Shown in pieces: positions 17,072-26,400 of a DNA stretch of 43,882 nt. Source of the DNA: Patescibacteria group bacterium (GTDB lineage: Bacteria > Patescibacteriota > Patescibacteriia > UBA9934); contig JBAZXR010000001.1 in NCBI GenBank assembly GCA_041659765.1, positions 853,338 through 897,219 of the forward strand. The letters are read 5' to 3'. The notes under the pieces are model-generated. The model was not told the origin of the DNA, did not search any database, and saw only the letters and a program-made list of their open reading frames with translations. The first letter of the stretch is position 1, and each line of letters opens with the position of its first letter. The translations under genes were made by a program, and so were the position numbers.

Positions 17072-17130
17072 CCCCGTTCGGAACTGGAGTCGGATTACCT
17101 CCTAACAGTTCCTCACGGGGATTTTGTTTT
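17072..17130. terminator. long hairpin terminator between convergent rpsT and rmuC
   Basis: CCCCGTTCGGAACTG...CAGTTCCTCACGGGG followed by ATTTTGTTTT, with an A-run on the other side. Confidence 0.7.
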
Positions 17131-17133
17131 GTC

Positions 17134-18237
17134 TCACTCCAAGGCTGGTTTTTCGACCACTTCGATCTCAATGGCTTCGACGATATCTGTTTGAGTAATT
17201 TTTGCGACGTCCTTGGTGATCTTCTTCAGTTCCCCACTCGATAAGTTGAATTGATTGACCGTTGTCGCGAGGTTTTTCGCCACCTTGCCGTGATAGTCGT
17301 GATAGGCGCGGACATGTTTTCCTAACTCCCCTACTTGCTGTTGAATGATTTGTGCGTCTTCTTCGATCTTCAGTGCCCGCAGGCCTTGCAGTACCGTTTG
17401 CAGATAGGCGAAGAATGACGTTGGCGACACAATGATGACGCGATACTTGCTGGCAGCACGGGCGAGCAGGCTGTCGGTCTCGTCCGTGACCGCGCCGACT
17501 TTATTTACGAGAAGATCGTAGTAGACGGCTTCGTGCGGAATAAACATGAAGGCAAAGTCCATTGTGTTTTCTCCGGGGCGAATATATTTTGCCGTTTCTT
17601 GAATGCGTAATTTCAAATCGCCGACGAAAGTTTTTTCGAGTTTTTCGCGCTCAGTCGGATTTGTTTCAACACTCATCTTGTTGTAGTTCTCCAAACTAAA
17701 TTTGGCGTCGATCGGAATAATTTTTCCTTCAATAAAAATAGCCGCGTCAACAATTTCACCGTTTTGAAATTTATATTGCATCTGATAGTGATCCGGCGGC
17801 AATACATTCTTGAGCGCGGTTTCGAGGAAATATTCGCCGACGATGCCGCGTTGTTTGGGGTTTTTTAAAATATCCTGTAACTGTTTTAACTGCGCGGAGA
17901 AGTCTAGTACCTGCTTATTGGTAGCGTCGAGCGAGGCTAGCCGATTAGTAATGTCCTGGATGATTTTAGAAGTGTGCTCATGCTGCACCTGCTGTGACTT
18001 CTGTGAGTCTGACATGCCCTTGTAGACATTGTCATTTACGCGGGAGAGGTGCGTCTGCATCTCTTGGCGCGATTCAAACTGCGTGCGCTGGAGTTCTTCG
18101 CGCATTTCTTGGAGACGTTTAGCGAGATCATCAGTGCTAGATGAGCTCGGCGAGAGGGATTTACGGACCACAACGACCAAGAGGCCGAGAACGGCGAGCA
18201 GAAGTACGAGAATGAGAGGAAGAAGTACACTTTGCAT
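17134..18237 (-). CDS. rmuC: DNA recombination protein RmuC
   Basis: Start moved to the ATG at 18237 (MQSVLLPLILV, membrane anchor). The longer track ORF overlaps tRNA-Arg. Coiled coil followed by an RmuC-type C-terminal domain. Confidence 0.85.
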   Translation of the reverse strand: MQSVLLPLILVLLLAVLGLLVVVVRKSLSPSSSSTDDLAKRLQEMREELQRTQFESRQEMQTHLSRVNDNVYKGMSDSQKSQQVQHEHTSKIIQDITNRLASLDATNKQVLDFSAQLKQLQDILKNPKQRGIVGEYFLETALKNVLPPDHYQMQYKFQNGEIVDAAIFIEGKIIPIDAKFSLENYNKMSVETNPTEREKLEKTFVGDLKLRIQETAKYIRPGENTMDFAFMFIPHEAVYYDLLVNKVGAVTDETDSLLARAASKYRVIIVSPTSFFAYLQTVLQGLRALKIEEDAQIIQQQVGELGKHVRAYHDYHGKVAKNLATTVNQFNLSSGELKKITKDVAKITQTDIVEAIEIEVVEKPALE

Positions 18238-18345
18238 ATTGACCGTGTGAGTGTGTTCTCTTATACTTTTTATGCGAGCGAATAGTATAGCACGACGTAA
18301 ATGCGTTTTGCGACGCTTGTTGGTATATTCTGCTAAGGTTAGCCG

Positions 18346-18351
18346 TATAAT
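18346..18351 (+). promoter_or_regulatory. perfect TATAAT -10 hexamer 17 nt upstream of tRNA-Arg(CCT)
   Basis: No convincing -35 hexamer seen. Confidence 0.35.
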
Positions 18352-18368
18352 CTTGATATCAGGATTGT

Positions 18369-18444
18369 GCTCCCGTAGTTCAAATGGATAGAACAGGGGC
18401 GTCCTAAGCCTTAGATCGTGGTTCAATTCCGCGCGGGAGCACCA
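18369..18444 (+). tRNA. tRNA-Arg (anticodon CCT), CCA encoded
   Basis: Acceptor GCTCCCG/CGGGAGC, anticodon loop GTCCTAA, T arm GTGGT-TCAATTC-CGCGC region. Confidence 0.88.
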
Positions 18445-18573
18445 GTACACAAAACCCCCTAAAATACGCCCTGGCGTTGTCGCCGGCTACGTTTCTCCTC
18501 AACGTACCATTAAGTACGTTTCGTCGAAGCCTCGCCGGCTCCTAGCCAGGACCTATTTTAGAGGGTTTTGTAA
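18445..18573 (+). repeat. tRNA-3'-flanking inverted-repeat element, copy 1
   Basis: Starts at the base after CCA. It has 17-nt terminal inverted repeats, ACAAAACCCCCTAAAAT (18449-18465) and ATTTTAGAGGGTTTTGT (18555-18571), and a central hairpin AACGTAC-CATTAA-GTACGTT. Confidence 0.85.
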
Positions 18574-18606
18574 AGCAAATGTCTTGGCAATCGTCGTTAT
18601 AACTAT

Positions 18607-18682
18607 GGGCCAATAGCTCAGTTGGTAGAGCGCGGCATTCGCATTGCCGAGGTCTGGAGTTCGAGCCTCCATTGGTCCACCA
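18607..18682 (+). tRNA. tRNA-Ala (anticodon CGC), CCA encoded
   Basis: G3:U70 in acceptor GGGCCAA/TTGGTCC, anticodon arm CGGCA-TTCGCAT-TGCCG. Confidence 0.9.
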
Positions 18683-18812
18683 GTACACAAAACCCCCTAA
18701 AATCGGCCCATGCGTTGTCGCCTCTGTCGCTCCAGTCTCAACGTACCAGTAAGTACGTCTCGACTGTCGCTCGTCGGCTCCTAGCCTGGACCAATTTTAG
18801 AGGGTTTTGTAA
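18683..18812 (+). repeat. tRNA-3'-flanking inverted-repeat element, copy 2
   Basis: The first 21 nt are identical to copy 1. The terminal inverted repeats lie at 18687-18703 and 18794-18810, and the central AACGTACCAGTAAGTACGT is conserved. Confidence 0.85.
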
Positions 18813-18834
18813 ATTCGGTCGATTGCAGTTGAAG

Positions 18835-18860
18835 ATCAGCTTTAGGGCTGATTTTTTGTT
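18835..18860 (+). terminator. intrinsic terminator after the tRNA pair
   Basis: ATCAGC-TTTAGG-GCTGAT followed by TTTTTTGTT. Confidence 0.7.
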
Positions 18861-18908
18861 ATAGGGATGCTTGTTCGGTAAAAGTACGAATCATATGAAA
18901 CAAAAATC

Positions 18909-19160
18909 TGGGGATAAACTGTTAACTGGTGTGAACAAGTCCCATGTGTGACCTAGAAAACCTTAAATTTGAAGCTGTAATTAAATTAGAAAAGCTACGC
19001 CACTCCTACTTATAGGCAAACTATGTTGAATAAGTCGTAAAATTAGCGAAATTGTTACATATCACTGTTGATAAGCTGTGGATAAAGAATATGCAGATTT
19101 GGCTACGCTAGTGTAGACAAAAATTACACAGGTTATCCACAGTTTTTGGCTTGTGGATAA
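18909..19160. promoter_or_regulatory. DnaA-box cluster in a ~330-bp AT-rich non-coding region (oriC candidate)
   Basis: Perfect boxes: TGTGGATAA at 19077-19085, TTATCCACA at 19133-19141, TGTGGATAA at 19152-19160. One-mismatch boxes: TGGGGATAA at 18909-18917 and TGTTGATAA at 19066-19074. Confidence 0.5.
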
Positions 19161-19179
19161 AGTGGTGAACACTTATAGT
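19151..19179 (+). promoter_or_regulatory. promoter of the surface locus, with its -35 overlapped by a DnaA box
   Basis: TTGTGG, 17 nt, TATAGT (19174-19179). The ATG at 19194 is only 14 nt downstream and no SD is visible. Confidence 0.45.
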
Positions 19180-19193
19180 GTTCATAGAGCTGT

Positions 19194-20114
19194 ATGAGAC
19201 ACTTAAAGTTTTTTAATTTGTGTTGCGCTCTGACGATAATTTGGCTAATATCAGCTACTTTTCATGCTGAGTCAAATATGTCCTCAAGCAATTATCAGAT
19301 TCAGTGGGACTCGATCGGACAGGGTGGCGAGAACACGAGCACTTCTGCTTCTTATAAGGTAAGGGATACATTTGGAACTATTCAGGGGGTATCGTCGTCG
19401 ACGTCATTCAGACAAGACACTGGGTTCCGGGCCGGTGTTTATGATCCGACGGTTTCATTTTCCGTTTTTTCGCAGGATACTTCCTCCCAGGTTGCAGCCA
19501 CCTCCCTGGTTGGCAATGTGGTGACTATTACTTCGGTAGTTGGCTATGCGGTTGATGATTACATCGCGGTAATTCAGGATCAGGGCACTTCACAGATTTC
19601 CGCGATAGGTCGAGTCACAGTGGTTGGCGGCTCAACGCTGACTATTGATGAACTCAAAGATGGTGGAGTTGCCCCGGTAATCGATGGATCTAGTGACTTT
19701 GTTTATAAATTAAGCGGCAGTTCATTGCCTTTTAACACTTTTTCTACCAGCGTAGTTAATACTGGCATTGTGGGCTGGGACGCGGCGGCTGATGTTTCGA
19801 GCGGGTACAGCGTCTTCCTTTTTGAAGATCAGAACCTGACTTCTGGCACGGATACCATTCCAGACATCTCCGACGGTTCAGTGACTGCTGGCGTTAATGA
19901 ATACGGGGCGCGATCGTCAGATACTTCACTCACTGGTTCAACGTTTGATACGACTGATTCACCAATTATCGGATCGTTCCAGGAGGTTGCGAGCAGAGCT
20001 GATAACTCTCTGAAGGCGCGGGATTTTTTGACGCTAAAAGTAGGCATTAGCGGTACTCAGCCTAATGGTACCTACACTCAAACGTTAACTTTCGTCTTTG
20101 TTGGTAACTACTAA
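19194..20114 (+). CDS. secreted Ser/Thr-rich hypothetical protein (306 aa)
   Basis: Signal peptide MRHLKFFNLCCALTIIWLISATFHA, and a C-terminal beta-strand-like GTYTQTLTFVFVGNY. Confidence 0.7.
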   Translation: MRHLKFFNLCCALTIIWLISATFHAESNMSSSNYQIQWDSIGQGGENTSTSASYKVRDTFGTIQGVSSSTSFRQDTGFRAGVYDPTVSFSVFSQDTSSQVAATSLVGNVVTITSVVGYAVDDYIAVIQDQGTSQISAIGRVTVVGGSTLTIDELKDGGVAPVIDGSSDFVYKLSGSSLPFNTFSTSVVNTGIVGWDAAADVSSGYSVFLFEDQNLTSGTDTIPDISDGSVTAGVNEYGARSSDTSLTGSTFDTTDSPIIGSFQEVASRADNSLKARDFLTLKVGISGTQPNGTYTQTLTFVFVGNY

Positions 20115-20115
20115 T

Positions 20116-20979
20116 ATGCGACTCTGCGGACTCGTTCTGGGTTTATTTCTATCTTTTGCGACGCCACTATTTGCGTTGGGCGCGACCGTTGACCCGAGTG
20201 CGAGTGATCTTACAGTTATGCCAGGTGAAACGGCGGTAGCGACGATTTCCGTAAAAAATGATGCAGATTGGTCAAAGAATTATGAGGTTTCTTTCGCCCA
20301 GGTGAAGTTTGGTACTACGGCAGAAGAGGTCTCGTTCACCGCGTTGTCTACGAGTTTAAAAGGGGCGTTGTTAGCTGCGCCGAAACTTTTTACTCTTGAA
20401 GCTCATGCTTCGCGAACGATCGATGTGTCTGTGCAGCTGCCGGTCGGTCTTGAGGCTCAGTCGCCGACGATCGCCATTTTGGTAACTGAGAAGGGTGACC
20501 AGGGACAGACGGGAGGCGTGCAATCGTCCGTAGCCTCGATGTTATTTTTGCATGTTCCAGGTAATTTGACGCGTTCCATGTCTCTGGATTCGTTTATTGC
20601 CGTGCCAACCTTTACTTGGGGGAGAAATACAATGATTTCCGGGTTATTTAGGAATGACGGAGAGGAAACAATAGTCCTGCCAAACGAGATCCGAGTTTTT
20701 GGTCCATTTGGCGGTGAGGTTGGCCGAGGTTTATTCTCGAGTGAACCTAAGCATTTGCCTCCAGGAACCACGCGCGGGGTGACGCTAACTTGGCCGGCGA
20801 GTGACGGATTTTCTAAGTTTTTGATAGGCTCATACCGTTTTGAGCTGTGGGATGGTGATCAACAGCTGGCCAAAACTAAAGCTACTTTTGTTCCGATTAC
20901 GGTGTTCGTAGTGCTTGGAGCCAGTTTTATTGTCATTTTTCTTGGTATAATTACTCTCGTGCGGCGTCGCACTAAATAA
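20116..20979 (+). CDS. cell-surface protein with signal peptide and C-terminal TM anchor (DUF916/DUF3324-like architecture)
   Basis: The ATG lies 1 nt after the upstream TAA. Signal peptide MRLCGLVLGLFLSFATPLFALGA, then two beta-rich halves, then C-terminal FVVLGASFIVIFLGIITLVRRRTK. Confidence 0.65.
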   Translation: MRLCGLVLGLFLSFATPLFALGATVDPSASDLTVMPGETAVATISVKNDADWSKNYEVSFAQVKFGTTAEEVSFTALSTSLKGALLAAPKLFTLEAHASRTIDVSVQLPVGLEAQSPTIAILVTEKGDQGQTGGVQSSVASMLFLHVPGNLTRSMSLDSFIAVPTFTWGRNTMISGLFRNDGEETIVLPNEIRVFGPFGGEVGRGLFSSEPKHLPPGTTRGVTLTWPASDGFSKFLIGSYRFELWDGDQQLAKTKATFVPITVFVVLGASFIVIFLGIITLVRRRTK

Positions 20980-20983
20980 CTTT

Positions 20984-23437
20984 GTGAGATTTTTTTTCAA
21001 GCGTGCTGCGGTGTTTTGTATTTTCACCCTCTTGCTGATGGGTGTATTTCCTGTTTTTCACACTTTTGCAGTTACTGATGTGGTGACTAGTTTGTCCGAC
21101 CAACCGAGCACGTTGGTTACGAGCGCTTTATCAAATCATTCGTTTTTATTCACTACCGCTGACAATTGGACTGATGGTTTTACTGTGACCTTGGTTTTCC
21201 CGGCCGGGTTTACGACTACCGCTATCATTGAGGATGACGTTGACGTTGCCGATGACGGGGTGGATTTGACCACCGCTGCTACTTGCGCCGGAACAGAGCA
21301 GATGTCTGCGGTCATGAGTGGCGGAACCCTCACTTTGACGGTCTGCACTGGTGATGGGGGAACGGTAGCCTTAGGCAGTGTGGTGACTGTTGAGATTGGG
21401 ACAAACGCGTCCGCGTCTGGCACTGGCTCTAATAAAATCACTAATCCTTCAAGCGCCGGTACCTATTTCGTAAATCTTGCAGGTACGTCTGGCAACCAGG
21501 GTTCTATCCCTTTACCTATTGTTAGTTCATTAAGCAGTGGCGTTTCCGGATCAGTTGGTTCATTCGTTCCACCGCCATCGGGCGGCGCGCCGCCATCACC
21601 TCCGCCTGAACCTCCGCCAGCACCTGCTCCGGAACCGGCTCCAGAACCAACTCCTGAGCCTGCGCCTACGCCAACTCCCGAGCCAGCACCAGCTCCCACT
21701 CCCGAGCCCGCGCCTGCACCAGCCCCTGCGCCATCACCGGCGCCAAGTCCTGCGCCGAGCGCGCCACCTGGAGGGGGTGGTGCTTTGCCAACTGATATTG
21801 ACGTGTCGGCTACGTTGTCAGCTGGCGGGATTCCGCTTGCCCTAGAAGGCGGCGCAGTTAGTCTTTTACCTGGCACGACTCCGGTTGTCAGGGTATCGGT
21901 TACTAACCCTGATGATGTTGGTTCAGTAACAGTGGTAATCGCAGACTCTACTTACATCTTGTCCCAGGTTGCGCCTGATACATATCAAGGCTTGATTCAG
22001 GCTCCCTCGGCGAATGACGTCTTGAACGTCATAGTGGCGAGGAAGAGCGGAGGTTCAAAAATCATTTCGATGGCCATTCAGATTGCGTCATACGGGCAGG
22101 TCTATGAAATTATTGATGGCTTACGACGACCAGTGGAGAACGTTATTGTGACGGCCTATACTGGGGGTCGAATACTTTGGAATGCTTCTGATTTTGGCGG
22201 GGTGAATCCAGAGCGGACTTCATTTTCCGGCAGTTTTGGTTGGTATGCGCCAAATGGTTCGTATGTCCTAGTGGCTGAGCGAGACGGGTATGAATCGGCG
22301 AGCGTGACAGTCGGGGTGAGTGATCACGTTTTATCTTCCTCTATTCAACTAACAAGATCTTCCGAGGTTATCGTACCGCCTGTTGTTCCGCCGGTCGTAC
22401 CCCCAATTATTGCCGCGCTTCCTCCGAGCGTTGGTCAGGCGGTGGTTTCGGCTAGCGCCGCTGTTGCCGTGGCTACTGAGGCAGTGGCGGCGGTGTTTGC
22501 CTCCCCGGAAGCGCAGGCTACGGCCACGGTGGCAGCCCCGGTAGCCGCGGCTGTGGCGGCCTCGTCAACGATTGTGCTGGCTTCGAGTTTTAATTTGGCA
22601 GCTTATCTTCAGTATTTAATTACTTCGCCGTTATTGCTTCTCAATAGACGCAAACGAAAAGCGTACGGCATGGTTTATAACGCGATGACCAAAATCCCGA
22701 TTGAGCTGGCGGTGGTACGACTTTATAGAGTTTCGGACAACCGACTCATAAAGTCAGTAGTCACCAACGCTGAAGGAAAATACTTTCTGTTCGTCCCTGA
22801 GCCGGGCGTATATACCTTGAAAGTAGCCAAAGGTGGCTTTGTTTTCCCGAGTGATTATTTGAAAGGCATCAAAGACGATGGGACGTTTCTTGACGTGTAC
22901 ACTTCTCAATTGATTACAGTCAACGAGCGCGACGCCACGATTGCGGCTAATATCCCAATGGATCCGTCGCAATCTAGCGAGCACCATGGTGAGATGCGTT
23001 TGCGAACCAAGCGGTTCCTGCGTTCATTGCAGAAAGTGGCGGCTCCAGCTGGTGTTGTGTTATCGGTTTTCGTTTTTCTAACTTTTCCTGGAGTATTTTC
23101 CGGCCTTGGATTGGTGGTACAGGTAATTGCACTCATGATTTCTATCCGACTCGCTTGGCCAAAGAAACCAAAAGGTTGGGGTCTGGTTGATGAAGCTACC
23201 GGTAAGGCGCCGTTGGGGAATGTTGTCGTTCGTCTCTTCGAACCGCGGTATAATAAGCTAGTCGAGTCTACGCTCACGGATAACCGTGGCCGATATTCTT
23301 TCCTTTTGGGTCCGAACGAGTACTACGTAAGCTACTCTAAGACGGGGTTTGCGGAAAAAATTGTTCGTCCCATTGACTATAGGGACAAGAAAGAGCCGAC
23401 ACCATTAACGGTGAAGGTGGCACTCGACAAAGCTTAG
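20984..23437 (+). CDS. large membrane-embedded surface protein with a proline-rich linker and three CarboxypepD_reg-like beta-sandwich modules
   Basis: GTG start and signal peptide. The modules are VIVTAYTGGR...GSYVLVAERDGYES, VVRLYRVSDNRLIKSVVTNAEGKYFLFVPEPGVYTLKVAKGGF and VVVRLFEPRYNKLVESTLTDNRGRYSFLLGPNEYYVSYSKTGF, interleaved with hydrophobic helices. Confidence 0.7.
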   Translation: MRFFFKRAAVFCIFTLLLMGVFPVFHTFAVTDVVTSLSDQPSTLVTSALSNHSFLFTTADNWTDGFTVTLVFPAGFTTTAIIEDDVDVADDGVDLTTAATCAGTEQMSAVMSGGTLTLTVCTGDGGTVALGSVVTVEIGTNASASGTGSNKITNPSSAGTYFVNLAGTSGNQGSIPLPIVSSLSSGVSGSVGSFVPPPSGGAPPSPPPEPPPAPAPEPAPEPTPEPAPTPTPEPAPAPTPEPAPAPAPAPSPAPSPAPSAPPGGGGALPTDIDVSATLSAGGIPLALEGGAVSLLPGTTPVVRVSVTNPDDVGSVTVVIADSTYILSQVAPDTYQGLIQAPSANDVLNVIVARKSGGSKIISMAIQIASYGQVYEIIDGLRRPVENVIVTAYTGGRILWNASDFGGVNPERTSFSGSFGWYAPNGSYVLVAERDGYESASVTVGVSDHVLSSSIQLTRSSEVIVPPVVPPVVPPIIAALPPSVGQAVVSASAAVAVATEAVAAVFASPEAQATATVAAPVAAAVAASSTIVLASSFNLAAYLQYLITSPLLLLNRRKRKAYGMVYNAMTKIPIELAVVRLYRVSDNRLIKSVVTNAEGKYFLFVPEPGVYTLKVAKGGFVFPSDYLKGIKDDGTFLDVYTSQLITVNERDATIAANIPMDPSQSSEHHGEMRLRTKRFLRSLQKVAAPAGVVLSVFVFLTFPGVFSGLGLVVQVIALMISIRLAWPKKPKGWGLVDEATGKAPLGNVVVRLFEPRYNKLVESTLTDNRGRYSFLLGPNEYYVSYSKTGFAEKIVRPIDYRDKKEPTPLTVKVALDKA
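21569..21782 (+). repeat. low-complexity (E)P(A/T/S)P tract, about 70 codons
   Basis: PPPSGGAPPSPPPEPPPAPAPEPAPEPTPEPAPTPTPEPAPAPTPEPAPAPAPAPSPAPSPAPSAPPGGGG. Confidence 0.9.
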
Positions 23438-23444
23438 GAGGTAC

Positions 23445-26400
23445 ATGAACCAACGTGCACACCATGGATTCCCGCAAGTGATTGCGAGGTTTCTCCTCGT
23501 GTCCGTTTTGTTCGGCAGCGCGGCGCTCTCCGCGCTTTTCGGCGTGTCTGTCCAGGCCGCAAGTGCTCCAAACATCATTAGTTATCAAGGAAGAGTACTG
23601 AATACGAACGGCGTTCCTGTTGCCTCCGCCTCCGCTACCATGGTCTTTGAAATTTATGACTCGCTCGCAGCCGGCACGTGTCTCTGGTCTAACTCGTCCG
23701 CTACCTGTGCAAGTGCAACCTCGCGAACCGTTACACTAACCGACGGCTTGTTCTCCGAGCCACTCGGCGACACGACCGTTGGAGTTCCATACGCGGCTAT
23801 TGCTGACACAGTTTTTGGCAGTAATGCTGGTACCTACCTGCAAGTCACGGTGAACGGCGAGACGCTCACTCCCCGCAAACAGATTGTGGCTGCTCCGTAT
23901 GCACTTAATGCTGACACGCTTGATGGCTTGGACTCGTCTGCCTTTACATCTCTCTTTACTGACGGCGGCACTTTTACATACCTAACTTCAGCCACAGACG
24001 ACCTTGTTATTGGCGGGGTTACGGTGCCGGCGGCCTCGCTCTTCTTTGATGCATCAGTCGCGGAACTTAATCTTGGAACGGAGGGCGCCCTGAACGGACT
24101 CGTACGGCTTTATAGTTCTGGTGCTGTTGTTGATGCGACAATTGGTACGAACGTGTCAGGTGATTTAGTTTTGACGACTCCTGGAATCATTTCTGTTGCG
24201 AGTAACATCACGAGTAGCGCAGACCTGGCTCTAAACGGCGGCGATCTTACTTCTACCTCTGCTGTCTTTAAGCTGGCTGACGCTGTCGGAAACTCGGCCA
24301 CTATTCAAATTGGTGGTGTCAGTACTGACCTTCTAAATACCGTGAACATTGCTACGGATTCTACGAGTGCCGATTTCATAGTTATTGGCAGCATAAACGC
24401 TGCCAGTACCGCTCAATTACGTGGTGCCATTACTACTCTGAACGGCACCTCGGCCATTAATCTGAATGACGCTACGGGCGCTAAGATCACGGACGTCGGC
24501 GGTGTTGACAATGACGGCGGAGATACGGTCCGCATCGCAACTGAAGGTACGTCGGCTGATGTTATTACCATTGGTAATAGCAATGCTTTGACCACATTAG
24601 GACTCACCGGTGGCGATGATTGGAGTGTCACGACCGCGGGACTGATTACTACGGCTAATGACGTGTTTATTAATGGAGGCGATTTGCAATCAACTTCCGC
24701 CACTTTTAACTTTTTGGATAACACTGGCGACGCGACAACGATTGATATTGGAGGCGTAACTACTGCTCTCAGCAATACCATTAACATCGCTACTAATGCC
24801 ACAGGTTCCGATACCATTAACATTGGTAATAATGGAGCGGCTACTTCACTGGTTCTTACGTCTCAGGCCTGGAGCATCACTGGCCCTGGTCTGATAACTA
24901 CGGGGGACGATCTAGCTGTTAATGGTGGTGACTTGACCTCTACTTCGGCTACCTTTAATTTTCTTGATGCGGCCAGTAGTTCCACAACGATTGATATTGG
25001 CGGCGTGACCACTTCGCTTAGTAATACGATCAATATCGCCACTAATGCCACCGGTTCCGATACCATTAACATTGGTAACAATGGAGCCGCTACTTCTTTG
25101 GTGCTGACGTCTCAAGCCTGGAGTATCACCGGTCCGGGTTTGATAACTACATCTGATGATGTGGCGATTGGCGGCGGAGACTTAACCTCCACCGCTGGAA
25201 CCTTTAACTTCTTAGATGCTGCCGCAAACTCGGCCGCCATAGATATTGGAGGGGTCACTACTGATATCGGAAATACCATTTATATTGCGATAAACTCAAC
25301 TACCGCGGATACGCTTAGTTTTGGAAATGCTAACGCCTCCACTGTATTCTATCTTGATGGTGGTGATGACTGGGCTATTAACGCTACGGGCGATGCGCAA
25401 TTTGAAAATGTTTTGATTGACATGACGAATACCGCTACCACGAACGGTGTCTGTCACTCTGGTGTAGATTCAGATACCACAGCGACAGTTCGGGAGATGG
25501 TTGTTTGTTCTGCAGCTCCAGACGACTACGCCGAGTGGTATGAAACAGACGGTTCTGCGGTTGCCGGTGATCTTGTAGCGACGACGTCAACTACTTTTAC
25601 GTACAATGCCAAGCAGAGCAACCCGTTTACCGGTGAGATTTTGCCTGGCACGATTAGTAAAACCTTGCCGGTACTCACGAAGGCGACATCGAGTTCGGTC
25701 GACGTATTCGGCATCATCTCTACTTCGCCAAACCAGGTGATTGGTAGCGATGTGAAGAATCAGGGCGCGCATCCTCAGCCGATTGGTCTAGTTGGCCGTG
25801 TTCCGCTTCATGTGACTAGCGAGAACGGCCCGATTGCTGCGGGTGATTATCTAACTGTGTCATCGACTCCCGGTTACGCTATGAAGGCCACTGCTCCTGG
25901 TCGAGTGATCGCTCGCGCACTGACAAACTTTAACGGCGTCGGCGTGACTACTATTACCGCGTTTATTGACAATTCTTGGTACGGCGGCGAAATGCTCGCA
26001 GCCGATGGCTCGGCCTTGGCACTGACCGGGGACCTTAAGCTTTCGTCGCTTGCTCAGGCAACGCCATCGAGCCAGGCTATAAACTCGCATGCGCTTTTAC
26101 TCACGGGTAGCGGTTGGGATGGCTCAAGTGCTCTAGACGTAACGATGGGTTTGCGAACTAAAGTAAATTCGCTCAGTAATTATCGCCTCGCTTTTGAAAA
26201 TAACCTTGGCGGCGAGATCGCGTCGATTACCAACTCCGGTGATGTGCTGGTGTCCGGCAAGTTGTATCCCTCTGACAGGGGTTTGACTCAAACCAACGCG
26301 TACATTTTCTATGATTCATCGGCTGGCGGGGGATACATGAAGACGAATGCTGCCGGTTGGAACGTGGGTTCGTACGACTTTGCTGAAATGTTCCCATCTG

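Noticed and set aside
18238-18450. N-terminal extension of the rmuC ORF.
   Set aside because: It would run through tRNA-Arg(CCT) on the opposite strand. The ATG at 18237 begins a typical membrane-anchor helix.
18622-18864. 80-aa plus-strand ORF.
   Set aside because: It starts inside tRNA-Ala and runs through the flanking repeat element, and its translation is implausible.
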